A stretch of 64,000 nucleotides of DNA. Origin: Nitrospirota bacterium. Its GTDB lineage: Bacteria; Nitrospirota; UBA9217. The stretch covers positions 96,001 through 160,000 of the forward strand of contig CAVUHW010000027.1 of NCBI GenBank assembly GCA_963741205.1. Direction: 5' to 3'. Both the position numbers and the translations under genes were made by a program. Shown here in pieces: positions 11,195-21,795 of the stretch; position 1 is the first letter of the stretch, and every line of letters begins with the position of its first letter. The notes beneath the pieces were generated by a model that saw only the letters and a program-made list of their open reading frames with translations, did not search any database and was not told the origin of the DNA.

Positions 11195-11965
11195 ATGTCA
11201 GGTCCGGGAACGGGCAAGATATTCATTGTCGGTACAGGGCCGGGAAGACTGGAGCATATCACGCCTGCCGCGCGGGAAGCTATCAGGAAATCCGACGTCG
11301 TCGTGGGATACGGCACCTACCTGGATTTGATCGAGGAACTCCTGCAAGGCAAAGAGGTGCTCTCGACGGGAATGACACAGGAGGTGGACCGGTGCCGCAA
11401 GGCGATGGAACTCGCACGCTGCAACAGGACCGTATCTGTGATCAGCGGGGGTGATCCCGGCGTCTATGCCATGGCGGGGCTCGTGTTTGAACTTTTGCGC
11501 TCGGAGGAGGGAAAGGGCGGGACACTACCTGACGTTGAGGTGATTCCCGGCATCTCGGCCCTCAATGCAAGCGCATCTCGGCTCGGCGCTCCGCTCATGC
11601 ATGATTTTGCCTGCATCAGTCTGTCCGACAGATTAACGCCATGGGAAGTGATCGAGAAGCGGCTTGCGGCTGCTGCAGAGGCTGACTTCATTATTGTCCT
11701 GTACAACCCCAGAAGCAAAGGCAGGGCCGGCCATATCAACAGGGCGAGGGAGATCATCCTGAAACACCGCCGACCTTCAACGGTTGTGGGCATTGTCAAG
11801 GGCGCGATGCGGGATCATGAAACGGTCATCGTGACTGACCTGGAGAAGATGCGGGACAGTGATATAGACATGCAGACCACGGTGATCATCGGCAACTCAA
11901 AAACATTTGTATGGAACCATCTGATGGTAACGCCCAGAGGGTATGAAAACAAGTTTGAGATCTGA
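11195..11965 (+). CDS. cbiH: Precorrin-3B C17-methyltransferase (probably the C-terminal domain of a CbiG-CbiH fusion)
   Basis: VGTGPG, ISGGDPGVYAMAG, GAPLMHDF, SLSDRLTPW, LYNPRS, TPRGY. Confidence 0.92.
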   Translation: MSGPGTGKIFIVGTGPGRLEHITPAAREAIRKSDVVVGYGTYLDLIEELLQGKEVLSTGMTQEVDRCRKAMELARCNRTVSVISGGDPGVYAMAGLVFELLRSEEGKGGTLPDVEVIPGISALNASASRLGAPLMHDFACISLSDRLTPWEVIEKRLAAAAEADFIIVLYNPRSKGRAGHINRAREIILKHRRPSTVVGIVKGAMRDHETVIVTDLEKMRDSDIDMQTTVIIGNSKTFVWNHLMVTPRGYENKFEI

Positions 11966-13208
11966 TCTGCATGACCGGCACTGCAAAGCCGCGCTTCTAT
12001 GGGACGAGTCCTTCCTGTGGGGCATCATGGCATACAAGGCCCTCAACGCCTGCGGCTTGGCCTGCGACCTCGTCCGCTCGGAGGACGTAAGAAAGGGAAA
12101 GCTGTCCGATTATTCCTTGCTGTTCGTCCCGGGCGGGTGGGCGTCGAATAAAATAAAGGCCCTTGGCAACGACGGCGTTGAAGAAATAAAAAGGTTTGTG
12201 CATGACGGCGGCGCCTACCTCGGATTCTGCGGCGGGGCCGGGCTCGCGACCATGGACGGTATCGGCCTCGTGCCAGTCAAGCGAAGGCCGACGAAGGACC
12301 GGGTGCCGAGCTTCAGCGGCAGAATCGCGCTCTCTGCGTCGCCTCATCCCTTGTGGAAGGGGATATCGGAGCCCGTGTTCCATGCCTGGTGGCCGTCTCA
12401 ATTCGTGATCGATGGGCCGGTGAACGTGCTCGCTACCTATGCTGAAGCGCTTCTTGACTCCTTCAGCTCCGACGTGAACGTGGGGGACGCGGCAGCCGCC
12501 GGAAGCTGGGCCGAGCTGGAGCGCCTTTACCAGATCAATCTGGACCCGAAGCGGCTTTTTGGCGAGCCCGCCGTTATCGAGGGCCGGTTCGGAGAGGGGA
12601 AGGTGCTGCTTTCCCTTGTTCATTTCGATACGCCGGGAGACGAAAACGGGGCAAAGGTGCTCGGCAATATCTGGCGCAATCTGGGCTGCGACCAGCAAAC
12701 TACGCGTGCAGACGTGTTTCAGAGCCAGGACTGGCGTGTTCAAGGCCTATCATGTCATCCCCTTTTGACGGAACTGGAGACCGCGGTGATCGGACTCATC
12801 GGCCTTGGGCTTCGGAACTTTCTCTGGTTCCGGCGGAATTCCATGCTCCTGCAGTGGAGGCGGGGAGTGCGGGGTCTTGAATATTGTACGCTCTATGTCA
12901 TGGTGAGCGAGCTTGCAAAGCTTTTGGAAACGCATTCCCAGAAGCGGGAAATATCCGGCCTTGACAGCAGCCTGGCACGGATCAGGGAACTGCTGCTGCC
13001 TTTCGTCGAAAAAGCACAGGGCCTCCTGGTACGGGAACGCTTTGCCATGCAGAACGGGTACATTACCTATGACAAATGCGATGATCCCGAAATTCAATCG
13101 ATCAGGGAAGAACTATTTTCCCATTCCAAAAGTTACGGCGGATTGTTTAAAAAGCTTATCGATGAAATAGACGGATTGTTGTTCAGGCTGCTTGTACAAG
13201 CCGGTTGA
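11943..13208 (+). CDS. Uncharacterised class I glutamine-amidotransferase-like (BPL_N-like) protein
   Basis: LFVPGGW and YLGFCGGAG nucleophile-elbow-like motif; 421 aa intact ORF overlapping the cbiH stop. Confidence 0.65.
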   Translation: MKTSLRSDLHDRHCKAALLWDESFLWGIMAYKALNACGLACDLVRSEDVRKGKLSDYSLLFVPGGWASNKIKALGNDGVEEIKRFVHDGGAYLGFCGGAGLATMDGIGLVPVKRRPTKDRVPSFSGRIALSASPHPLWKGISEPVFHAWWPSQFVIDGPVNVLATYAEALLDSFSSDVNVGDAAAAGSWAELERLYQINLDPKRLFGEPAVIEGRFGEGKVLLSLVHFDTPGDENGAKVLGNIWRNLGCDQQTTRADVFQSQDWRVQGLSCHPLLTELETAVIGLIGLGLRNFLWFRRNSMLLQWRRGVRGLEYCTLYVMVSELAKLLETHSQKREISGLDSSLARIRELLLPFVEKAQGLLVRERFAMQNGYITYDKCDDPEIQSIREELFSHSKSYGGLFKKLIDEIDGLLFRLLVQAG

Positions 13209-13216
13209 GGAGACTG

Positions 13217-13415
13217 ATGACAGAAGACAAGCCTTCAAAAAAAATTTTGTGTCCCGATTTGCAAGAAAGAAGCGGCCTGGCGTGACAATCCGTTTCGGCC
13301 TTTCTGCTCCGAGCGGTGCAAGTTGATTGATCTCGGAAAATGGGCCGCGGAGGACTACCGGATCCCCGCAGAGAAGAAGGACCAACCTGAAAGGGAAGGG
13401 GAAGAAAATAATTAA
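13217..13415 (+). CDS. yacG: DNA gyrase inhibitor YacG (one frameshift near 13255; absent from ORF track)
   Basis: CP(I)CKK...[26 protein letters not shown]; GAGGAG RBS. Confidence 0.9.
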
Positions 13416-13587
13416 AACAGAGCGGTAGATAATTTTTAGGAAATATATTACAATAGGTCGAATATGCAGCAGAAGACGAACCACTGAACTCATCGCGAGC
13501 AGCACCAGGTTTCCCGCCGCCTTGCATTATCGTTGAACAACGAGGGGCAGGAAATTCTGCAGTAAATCCCCCAGGAGGCCGCCCAGG

Positions 13588-14946
13588 ATGGAAGTCCGGT
13601 GTGAAAGCTGTAACAAGCTTTTCCGTGTTTCAAATGACAAGATTACCGGCAAGGGCATCAAGTTCACCTGCACGCGCTGTGGTGAATATGTGAAGATCAC
13701 ACGGGAAGCGTTCGAGGACTATACGCTTGCCCAATTTACAGTCTCCGCGCTCGACGTGTTGGAGAACCGACAGGCCTCGCCTCCGGCTGGGCCGGTCCCG
13801 GGACCGGAACCGGCTGATGCCGGAATGACCGCAGCCCTTGCTTCCGTCGGGGCGGAATCGGTCGTCGCGGAAGCGATCGGATCAGAGCAGAAGACCGACG
13901 AGCTTCCGTCTCCGCTGATGCCGGATTTCCTGCAGGAGCGGGAAGAAACTCCTTCTCCCTTCGAAGACTCAACTCAGAATACCGAGTTGCAGCCTCCACA
14001 CGAGCAGGCGTTTCCCGACGAGCCGGTCCAGGAAGAACTGCGGGTAGAGCTGGAAAACGAGCCGTCGTCCCCCGTTGGGCCGGAACCGCAGCCAGAAGCA
14101 GTCATTGCAGCGGAACCGAAAAAAGAACCTGTCCCCGAACCTGAAATGAAGGAGCAAGCCCAAACGGAATCCGCGCTGAAATCCGAGCAGGTCCTGGAAC
14201 CGACGTCAGAGCAAAAACCAACGGCAAAACAGGAAGACATTGCTGGGCTTATGACGGGAGCCGCCGGTCCGGAGTTCGAGGCAAAGCCCGCGGCAACAGC
14301 CGTTCCCGTTGCCGATGTTTCGGTTGCGGCCCCCAAAAAAGAGCCTGTCCGTCAGTCTGGGACGATGCCGCAGAAAACTGTAACAGCAACAATCCCGGCT
14401 GAAGCCGCACGTTCCGGCAGTTTGGTAAAGGTACTGTTGGCGGCGCTCGTCATCCTGGGCCTCGGCGGGGGCGGAGCATATCTGTATATGCGGTCATCTC
14501 CCTCCGCAAAGCAAGAATCCCAAACCGGAATGGTTTCAGCAGAGGGTTTGCAGATCGTCAATGCGGTAGGTTCTCTGCAGGAAAACGGCGATCTTCTAGT
14601 ATCGGGCGAGCTGGAAAACACGACCGACAGGCCGCGGGACGACTGGTACATCGTCGTCGATGTTTTAGACGCCACGGGTGTGGTGCTGCACAAGATTCGC
14701 ATGCTGAACGGCAAGCAGATATATACGAGAAGCGACTACGAGATTCTGGCCAAGCGGGGCGCGAATGTGCAGGACTTGAAGGAAAAAGCGCTTCAGCCGC
14801 ATGGCGTTGTTTTACCGCCGAAGGGAAAGGCGGCCTTCGAGATGAGATACTTGCAGCCGCCGGCCAGTATAGCCAGCTTTAACGCTGCGCTTCAACCTTT
14901 CAACCCTGCACTCCTGCTCAAGGAGATCGCGGAAGATACGAAATAA
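13588..14946 (+). CDS. Zinc-ribbon (MJ0042-finger-like) membrane protein with Pro/Glu-rich linker
   Basis: MEVRCESC...FTCTRC N-terminus, acidic/Pro linker, single TM helix, C-terminal extracytoplasmic domain. Confidence 0.75.
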   Translation: MEVRCESCNKLFRVSNDKITGKGIKFTCTRCGEYVKITREAFEDYTLAQFTVSALDVLENRQASPPAGPVPGPEPADAGMTAALASVGAESVVAEAIGSEQKTDELPSPLMPDFLQEREETPSPFEDSTQNTELQPPHEQAFPDEPVQEELRVELENEPSSPVGPEPQPEAVIAAEPKKEPVPEPEMKEQAQTESALKSEQVLEPTSEQKPTAKQEDIAGLMTGAAGPEFEAKPAATAVPVADVSVAAPKKEPVRQSGTMPQKTVTATIPAEAARSGSLVKVLLAALVILGLGGGGAYLYMRSSPSAKQESQTGMVSAEGLQIVNAVGSLQENGDLLVSGELENTTDRPRDDWYIVVDVLDATGVVLHKIRMLNGKQIYTRSDYEILAKRGANVQDLKEKALQPHGVVLPPKGKAAFEMRYLQPPASIASFNAALQPFNPALLLKEIAEDTK

Positions 14947-14973
14947 CCGTATCGGCTGATTTCGCGGACAGTC

Positions 14974-15010
14974 AAAGCGCCATCCTGTCACCGCAGGGTG
15001 GCGCTTTTTT
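14974..15010 (+). terminator. Rho-independent terminator
   Basis: AAAGCGCCATCCTG-loop-CAGGGTGGCGCTTT followed by a T run. Confidence 0.8.
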
Positions 15011-15016
15011 ACTTCT

Positions 15017-16012
15017 ATGAACGGATTTATTATATTGTCGGCGTTTGTCCTTGATCGCCTCTTCGGCGATCCGCGATGGCTGCCTCACCCGATCCGGGGG
15101 ATCGGACTGCTGATCGAGCGGCTAGAGACGCTTTTCAGGCGATGGGCCAGATCGGCGTTCGCTGAAACATGCGCAGGCGTGGTCCTCGTCATAGTCACGG
15201 TATCGATCGTTTACTTCACGGCGCGGTTACTCGCACTGTCCGCCTTTCGATTATCACCGGCCTTCGGGTTCATCGTAGCGGCGATCCTGGCCTCTACGAC
15301 GATCGCGGCGCGGGGCCTTGCGGATGCCGCGCGATCCGTGTTTGACAAACTCGAAGGGGGAGATATCGCGTCGGCCAGACGCGAGCTTGCCATGATCGTG
15401 GGCAGAGACACGGCAGAGCTTGACGAACGTGAAATATCCCGAGCCGTGATCGAAACCGTTGCCGAGAACGCGTCGGACGGCGTCATTGCGCCTCTTTTGT
15501 ATCTGGCAATAGGCGGGCCTGCGCTCGCGCTCGCCTACAAGGCAGTGAACACGCTTGATTCCATGGTCGGTTACAAGAACGAACGCTACCGCCGTTTCGG
15601 CTGGGCCGCGGCGCGGCTCGACGACATAGCCAATTTCATACCTGCACGGATCACGGCGGTGTTGATATGCTTGACTGCCGATATTGCTCGCCGGTTGGCC
15701 CCCTCACCCCAACCCTCTGCCCAGGGGGAAGAGGGGGATTCCGCATTTCCGAGTCCCTGGAGCATCATGCTTCGCGACGGGAGGAACCATCCCAGCCCGA
15801 ACAGCGGGTATCCCGAAGCAGCCATGGCGGGTGCTCTCGGTGTCCGTCTTGGCGGCCCAAGCTCCTATGGGGGGCAACTGGGCGTCAAGCCGTTTATCGG
15901 CGACGCGATGTTCCCGATCGATAAAAAATACATTGAAAAGTCAGTCCGCTTAATGTATTCTACTTCCTTACTCGCCGCGTGCGGGGCGGCGTCGTTACGT
16001 TATTTCCTGTAA
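15017..16012 (+). CDS. cbiB: Adenosylcobinamide-phosphate synthase
   Basis: GDPRWLPHP, IVGRDT, ETVAENASDG, YKAVNTLDSMVGY, SPNSGYPEAAMAGAL. Confidence 0.95.
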   Translation: MNGFIILSAFVLDRLFGDPRWLPHPIRGIGLLIERLETLFRRWARSAFAETCAGVVLVIVTVSIVYFTARLLALSAFRLSPAFGFIVAAILASTTIAARGLADAARSVFDKLEGGDIASARRELAMIVGRDTAELDEREISRAVIETVAENASDGVIAPLLYLAIGGPALALAYKAVNTLDSMVGYKNERYRRFGWAAARLDDIANFIPARITAVLICLTADIARRLAPSPQPSAQGEEGDSAFPSPWSIMLRDGRNHPSPNSGYPEAAMAGALGVRLGGPSSYGGQLGVKPFIGDAMFPIDKKYIEKSVRLMYSTSLLAACGAASLRYFL

Positions 16013-16025
16013 TAGATCTTTTCAC

Positions 16026-16053
16026 TTGACAAAAACTATGACTGTGCTATAAA
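16026..16053 (+). promoter_or_regulatory. Sigma70-type promoter of metK
   Basis: TTGACA-16nt-TATAAA with TGn extended -10. Confidence 0.6.
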
Positions 16054-16093
16054 GACGGAATTTTCAAGGTCTTAAAGGCCGGGAGGACACTCG

Positions 16094-17255
16094 ATGAACA
16101 GTTGCAGCAGGAATTACCTTTTTACTTCGGAATCGGTTACCGAAGGGCATCCGGACAAGATAGCGGATCAGATTTCGGACGCCGTTCTTGACGCCCTTCT
16201 GGCGCAAGACCCCACGAGCCGTGTTGCATGCGAAACCCTTTTGACGACGGGCCTTGCAATAGTAGCCGGAGAGATCACCACGAAAGGCTACGTGGAGATT
16301 CCCGACATCGTCCGCCAGACGATCAAGGAGATCGGTTATACCAGGGCCAAGTACGGGTTCGATTACGAGACGTGCGGGGTCATCACCTCCGTCCACTCGC
16401 AGTCGCCCGACATCGCCATGGGCGTGGACACGGGAGGCGCTGGAGACCAGGGCCTCATGTTCGGCTACGCTTGCGACGAGACGCCGGAACTCATGCCCAT
16501 GACGATCATGCTCGCCCACAAACTGACGCGCCAACTCTCGGAGATGAGGAAGTCCGAGGTGCTCCCTTACCTGAGGCCCGACGGGAAATCTCAGGTTACG
16601 ATCGAGTACCGCGACGGCAAGCCGTATAGAATTCATACCATCGTGGTATCCAGCCAGCACAGCCCCGACGTCGCACTTGAAGAACCTGCGCGAGGACATC
16701 ATCGAGAAGGTGATCAAGCCGGTGGTCCCGAAGAACCTCCTCGACGAGGAGACGATCGTATACCACATCAACCCCACCGGAAGGTTCGTAACGGGCGGAC
16801 CCATGGGCGACACCGGCCTTACGGGCCGCAAGATTATCGTGGACACCTACGGCGGTGTGGGCAGCCACGGCGGCGGATGTTTCTCGGGCAAGGACCCGAC
16901 GAAGGTTGACCGATCCGCTTCGTATATGGCCCGCTATGTTGCCAAGAATATCGTGGCCGTCCGGCGTCTGCAAGCGAGGTCGAAGTGCAGCTCGCTTACG
17001 CGATCGGCGTTCCCGACCCCGTTTCGATCCACGTCGACGATTTCGGGTCCGGCAGCGTCGACCATGACAAACTGGTCGGGATCATCAGGAAGAATTTCGA
17101 CATGACGCCCAAGGGCATCATACAGACTCTTGAATCTGAGACGGCCCATTTATCAGAAAACCGCGGCCTACGGCCACTTCGGCAGGACCGAGCCCGAGTT
17201 CACCTGGGAGCATACGGACAAGGCGGCGGCGATCAAGAGAGACGCCGGACTATAG
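16094..17255 (+). CDS. metK: S-adenosylmethionine synthetase (about three frameshifts)
   Basis: [64 protein letters not shown]. Confidence 0.95.
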
Positions 17256-17371
17256 TGTCGCTGTGTGATTTATACTATTTGGCCGTGTAGAGCCGGAATT
17301 CAAGTGGGAAGCCACTGACAAGGCTGCCGCATGGAGCGCAGACGCAGGACTGTAATTCAAACATCAACACA

Positions 17372-17454
17372 CCCCGTCGAGGGGCGCTGCAGCAGTCACC
17401 GCAAGGTGGGTCTGTCAGGCTCGATGGGGGGTTCAACATGCAGCAACGGCGCCC
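17372..17454 (+). ncRNA. SAH riboswitch
   Basis: CCGTCGAGGGGCGCTGC...CAGGCTCGATGG...CAACGGCGCCC fits the SAH riboswitch core including the pseudoknot pairing; directly upstream of ahcY. Confidence 0.85.
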
Positions 17455-17468
17455 ATTCATTAACCTGA

Positions 17469-18878
17469 ATGGAGAGCTTTATGTCTAGTAAAGACTACGT
17501 TATCGCCGACATCAAACTGGCCTCATGGGGCCGCAAAGAAATCGCCATCGCCGAAACCGAGATGCCCGGTCTGATGGCGATCCGTGAAGAGTTCGCCAAG
17601 ACCCAGCCGCTGAAGGGCGCGCGCATCACCGGTTCGCTGCATATGACCATCCAGACCGCCGTGCTGATCGAGACGCTGAAGGCGCTCGGTGCGGAAGTCC
17701 GCTGGGCTTCGTGCAACATCTTCTCTACCCAGGACCACGCTGCTGCCGCCATCGCCGCGGCTGGCACGCCGGTGTTCGCTGTGAAGGGCGAATCGCTCAA
17801 GGACTACTGGGATTACACGCACCGCATATTCGAATGGCCGGACGGCGGCTACTCGGACATGATCCTGGACGACGGCGGCGACGCCACGCTGCTGCTGCAC
17901 CTCGGCAGCAAGGCCGAGAAGGACATCTCGGTGCTCGACAAGCCCGACAGCGAGGAAGCGACGGTGCTGTTCGCCAGCATCAAGGCCAAGCTCAAGCAGG
18001 ATCCGAAGTGGTACTCGACGCGCCTGGCGAAGATCAAGGGTGTCACAGAAGAGACCACCACGGGCGTGCATCGCCTCTATCAGATGCATGAGAAGGGCGA
18101 ACTCAGGTTCCCTGCGATCAACGTCAACGACTCCGTCACCAAGTCCAAGTTCGACAACCTCTACGGCTGCCGCGAATCGCTGGTGGACGGCATCAAGCGC
18201 GCCACCGACGTAATGATCGCGGGCAAGATTGCCGTCGTTTGCGGCTACGGCGACGTGGGCAAGGGCTCCGCCCAGGCGTTGCGCGCATTGTCCGCACAGG
18301 TGTGGGTCACCGAAATCGACCCGATCTGCGCGCTGCAGGCAGCGATGGAAGGCTACCGCGTCGTGACCATGGACTACGCCTGCGACAAGGCCGACATTTT
18401 CGTCACTGCCACCGGGAATTATCATGTCATCGACCACCAGCATCTGGTGAAGATGAAGAACCAGGCAATCGTTTGCAACATCGGCCACTTCGACTCCGAG
18501 ATCAACGTCGCCTCGTTGGAGAAATACCAGTGGGAAGAAATCAAGCCGCAGGTCGACCACATAATCTTCCCGGACAAGAAACGCATCATCCTGCTGGCCA
18601 AGGGCCGCCTGGTGAACCTCGGCTGTGCCACCGGCCACCCGTCGTACGTGATGTCGTCCTCCTTCGCCAATCAGACCATCGCCCAGATCGAACTGTTCAC
18701 ACAGACCGACAAGTACCCGGTGGGCGTGTACACACTGCCGAAGCACCTGGACGAAAAGGTCGCGCGCCTGCAACTGAAGAAACTGAACGTGCAGCTGACC
18801 ACACTGACCGATCAGCAGGCCGCCTATATTGGCGTGCCCAAGGAAGGTCCGTACAAGTCGGGGCACTACCGCTACTAA
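17469..18878 (+). CDS. ahcY: S-adenosyl-L-homocysteine hydrolase
   Basis: [59 protein letters not shown]. Confidence 0.98.
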   Translation: MESFMSSKDYVIADIKLASWGRKEIAIAETEMPGLMAIREEFAKTQPLKGARITGSLHMTIQTAVLIETLKALGAEVRWASCNIFSTQDHAAAAIAAAGTPVFAVKGESLKDYWDYTHRIFEWPDGGYSDMILDDGGDATLLLHLGSKAEKDISVLDKPDSEEATVLFASIKAKLKQDPKWYSTRLAKIKGVTEETTTGVHRLYQMHEKGELRFPAINVNDSVTKSKFDNLYGCRESLVDGIKRATDVMIAGKIAVVCGYGDVGKGSAQALRALSAQVWVTEIDPICALQAAMEGYRVVTMDYACDKADIFVTATGNYHVIDHQHLVKMKNQAIVCNIGHFDSEINVASLEKYQWEEIKPQVDHIIFPDKKRIILLAKGRLVNLGCATGHPSYVMSSSFANQTIAQIELFTQTDKYPVGVYTLPKHLDEKVARLQLKKLNVQLTTLTDQQAAYIGVPKEGPYKSGHYRY

Positions 18879-18977
18879 GCGGGCTGCCGCTTCGCACGGA
18901 GCACTTCCGGGCCATGTCCCGAACAGAAGAAGTACCTCGCCTCGTGGGAAATGGGAACATAGGAAGAGCAGGAATCA

Positions 18978-19062
18978 GTAGTCTGTAGTCAGGAGCCAGG
19001 AGTTAGGAAGCGGAATTTGGAGGAAATTTATTCTGAATTCTGGCTCCTGACTACTGGCTCCT
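18978..19062. repeat. Inverted pair of heptamer arrays (AGTCAGG/CTGGCTC family); may also terminate ahcY
   Basis: GTAGTCAGGAGCCAGGAGTTAGGA ... TTCTGAATTCTGGCTCCTGACTACTGGCTCC, then a T run. Confidence 0.75.
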
Positions 19063-19072
19063 TTTTTTATCC

Positions 19073-19936
19073 ATGAATAGCTACCTTAAAATCGCGGCAT
19101 CTATGCTGATCTGGAGCACCTGGGGCCTCATGATACGCTGGATGGCGCTTCCGCCAGTCGTGGTCCTTTTCCATACGTCCCTGATCGCCGGATTTATCGT
19201 TCCCCTCGTGCTGAAGGCGAGGGGGGATTTTCCCCGCAACCTCTCCGATTTCGGGTCCTGGCGACTCTTCGCGGCGCTTTCCGCCGCATCCCTTACGAAC
19301 AATCTCACTTATTTTTATGCCCTCGGGCACACCACCGTGTCGAACGCGGTTTTTACCCATTACACGGCGCCGGTGATCGTCGCAGCCCTGGCCCCGTTGC
19401 TCATCTCTGAACGGCTCCAGCGGGTGACGCTGATCTCCCTGCCGGCAGCCGCGGCAGGCATGGCCATGATCGTTCTGGCCGGGGGAGGACTCAGCCTGAG
19501 CAGCGCGGACCTGCCCGGCATACTCGCCGGAACAGCATCCGGCGCGGCCTATGCATTCGTGATCATCTACTCCCGGAGGCTCAGCCAGCTGCACTTGCAC
19601 CACAAGGCGATCGTGCTTCTTCTCTGGATGACCGTTATCGCGACCGCGCCGGCGGTGCTTGCCGCGGATTATTCCCTCAATATCCGGACTGCCGGCCTTC
19701 TGTTGGTCACAGGAGTCATGCACTCAACCACAGCGCCGCTCATGTATTTCAGCGCGCTCCGGCGCGTCATGGCTCAGCACGCCGCCATCCTCGGGTATAT
19801 AGAGCCCCTTGCGGCAATCCCGCTGGCCTTCCTGTTTCTTTCCGAGAAGCCGCCGTTTCTCGCTCTTCTGGGCGGTGTTCTGATCATTCTGTCCGGATAC
19901 CTGGTGGTTCGTGAGCGCCGCTCGGGGCAGGCCTGA
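19073..19936 (+). CDS. DMT/EamA family transporter
   Basis: About 10 TM helices in two EamA-like repeats, HYTAPV, YIEP. Confidence 0.85.
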   Translation: MNSYLKIAASMLIWSTWGLMIRWMALPPVVVLFHTSLIAGFIVPLVLKARGDFPRNLSDFGSWRLFAALSAASLTNNLTYFYALGHTTVSNAVFTHYTAPVIVAALAPLLISERLQRVTLISLPAAAAGMAMIVLAGGGLSLSSADLPGILAGTASGAAYAFVIIYSRRLSQLHLHHKAIVLLLWMTVIATAPAVLAADYSLNIRTAGLLLVTGVMHSTTAPLMYFSALRRVMAQHAAILGYIEPLAAIPLAFLFLSEKPPFLALLGGVLIILSGYLVVRERRSGQA

Positions 19937-20185
19937 GCCTGAAAACTGCGGTATGGCCGCTAATGCTTCTCTAAAGCTGCTAGGATCATTTCCCCTTCGG
20001 GCTTTTCTTGATTTCCCACAATTGTCTTGCCAGCCTTCGATGTAATCCCGGTTTAGATTTTTCACCCAGCGCCACGACCGTCTAGCCCATAACGCTCCTG
20101 CAATGCGCTGGTCATGGTGCCGCCATGGGAAGTGACGGATCGTCTATAATGTAAAAATAAATGTCGCAACGGCGGGAGGTATTCC

Positions 20186-20452
20186 ATGATCATTGCAAAC
20201 GAAGAAATCAAGGAACTGATCGCAGAGATCCCGGAAGGACACCGGCACTTGAGGACGACGATCGTCCTTCAGGACGGAAGAGAAATCACTTTTCAGGAGG
20301 CGACTATGGCGAATATGGTCCGCGCCTATATTACCGTCAAGACCCATCCCGAACGTAATGGTTTGCGACTGCGAGGCCGACGGCTGGCTTTACGAAAGGA
20401 GGGGTTTGCCGAATGGCAGCTTCTTGAGGCCGACGATGGACTGTCTCGGTGA
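20186..20452 (+). CDS. Small hypothetical protein
   Basis: GGAGG RBS; protein-like sequence EIPEGHRHLR..FQEAT..RAYITVKTHP..RKEGFAEWQLLE. Confidence 0.65.
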   Translation: MIIANEEIKELIAEIPEGHRHLRTTIVLQDGREITFQEATMANMVRAYITVKTHPERNGLRLRGRRLALRKEGFAEWQLLEADDGLSR

Positions 20453-20467
20453 TCTTCACACATTTTT

Positions 20468-20496
20468 TTAACATTGACATTATTTTTTGCTATACT
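20468..20496 (+). promoter_or_regulatory. Sigma70-type promoter
   Basis: TTAACA-17nt-TATACT with TGn extension. Confidence 0.5.
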
Positions 20497-20664
20497 TAGC
20501 CATTAGTGAACTCCGATTGTTGCATTATCGTTTAACTAGGTGTCCGACAAGCAGAGGACTGTGGAAGAGGTTAATACCATATTGCCAAGGCCTCCGGAAC
20601 AGGTTAGCGCCATCGATTGTGCTATAATAAACCAATTAATTTTAAAACAAAGGAGAACGAAAGA

Positions 20665-20991
20665 ATGAAAAAAGTATTAGGGGGTTTCTTCATTGCACTG
20701 ATCATCTGCAGCACTGCGGCATATGTTTTCGCGGAAAAGGGATCTGATAAAACAGGTGAGGCAAAATTCAAGGCGCTTTGCTCCATGTGCCACCCCGATG
20801 GGGGAAACGTCATGAACCCGAAGAAGACCCTTCACAAACAGGACCGCGAGGCGAACAATATAAAGACCGTGGACGATATTGTCGGGAGAATGCGGAATCC
20901 CGGCCCCGGCATGACAAAGTTCGACGAAAAAACCGTCCCGAATAAAGAAGCGCACGCAATAGCCGAATATATTCTGAAGACTTTTAATTAA
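20665..20991 (+). CDS. Monoheme cytochrome c (c6-like), secreted
   Basis: Signal peptide, CSMCH, GGNVMNPKKTL, distal Met in PGPGM. Confidence 0.9.
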   Translation: MKKVLGGFFIALIICSTAAYVFAEKGSDKTGEAKFKALCSMCHPDGGNVMNPKKTLHKQDREANNIKTVDDIVGRMRNPGPGMTKFDEKTVPNKEAHAIAEYILKTFN

Positions 20992-21137
20992 CCTAAAAAA
21001 TGACCGCATAAAAATAACGAAATGCTGCCTCTATTTTAATCACACTTGAGCAGCATGCGGACAAACACGGATAAACGTCCAAGGAACTCCGAACTATGCG
21101 GCCATTCCTTGCCTCCATACAGTCGAGGTCATTCGAT

Positions 21138-21461
21138 ATGAATAAGAAAACAAGCTTCTTCATCATGTTCATCCTGATCGGAATCGGATCGTTTCTTATC
21201 ATCACCGGATGTCAAATGAACTCAAGGGGCGCAAAAGTATTTACGACAAACCGATGCCCCGAATGTCATATGATCGATGGAAAAGGAGGGAGCGTGGGGC
21301 CCAATCTCACTTATGTGGGGGGGCGGAGATCCCGTGCATTCATCATTCAGCAGATCAAAGATTCGAAAGTGAACAATCCTAATACGAATATGCCGTCATT
21401 TAGTAACCTTCCGGAACAGGACATCAATTCTCTGGCAGATTATCTTTCTGGTTTGAAGTAA
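21138..21461 (+). CDS. Monoheme cytochrome c, probable lipoprotein
   Basis: ITGC lipobox-like motif, CPECH, GPNLT, MPSF. Confidence 0.85.
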   Translation: MNKKTSFFIMFILIGIGSFLIITGCQMNSRGAKVFTTNRCPECHMIDGKGGSVGPNLTYVGGRRSRAFIIQQIKDSKVNNPNTNMPSFSNLPEQDINSLADYLSGLK

Positions 21462-21553
21462 TGTGTAAACGCGCTGTTGATCGATTTACATGGCGCCTGG
21501 TGTTCGGCCCTTTCTTGAGATTTAGAAGATATATTTTTTTTAAAAAAATCTGC

Positions 21554-21582
21554 TTGACAACACAAATATTGTATGATATTAA
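21554..21582 (+). promoter_or_regulatory. Putative promoter of the hydrogenase operon
   Basis: TTGACA-17nt-TATTAA in an AT-rich intergenic region. Confidence 0.5.
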
Positions 21583-21795
21583 CAGTTAGCTGATCTACAA
21601 GGTGTTATTAACAGCTTCCGCAGTTTATTATATTCTTATATCTTTATAAACCTTATCTGCACATCATCTCAGCCGTGAGGTCGTTCAGAGCAACCTAAAT
21701 TAATCAAATAAAAATAGACAGTTATGTGATATTTCGGCTGCACGCTGCTCTGCTAAAAAGAAATTGTTTTTTATATTCCGCTTAAGGGGGCTGGT

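Noticed and set aside
17523-18866. Long antisense ORFs (also 30199-31884, 41990-43150, 51825-52985, 53176-54402)
   Set aside because: Shadow frames of GC3-rich genes with no recognisable motifs.
13522-20532. TTGCATTATCGTT shared by two upstream regions (13522 and 20520)
   Set aside because: A single 13-mer match is expected by chance in 64 kb; it is not palindromic and has no exact third copy that I saw.
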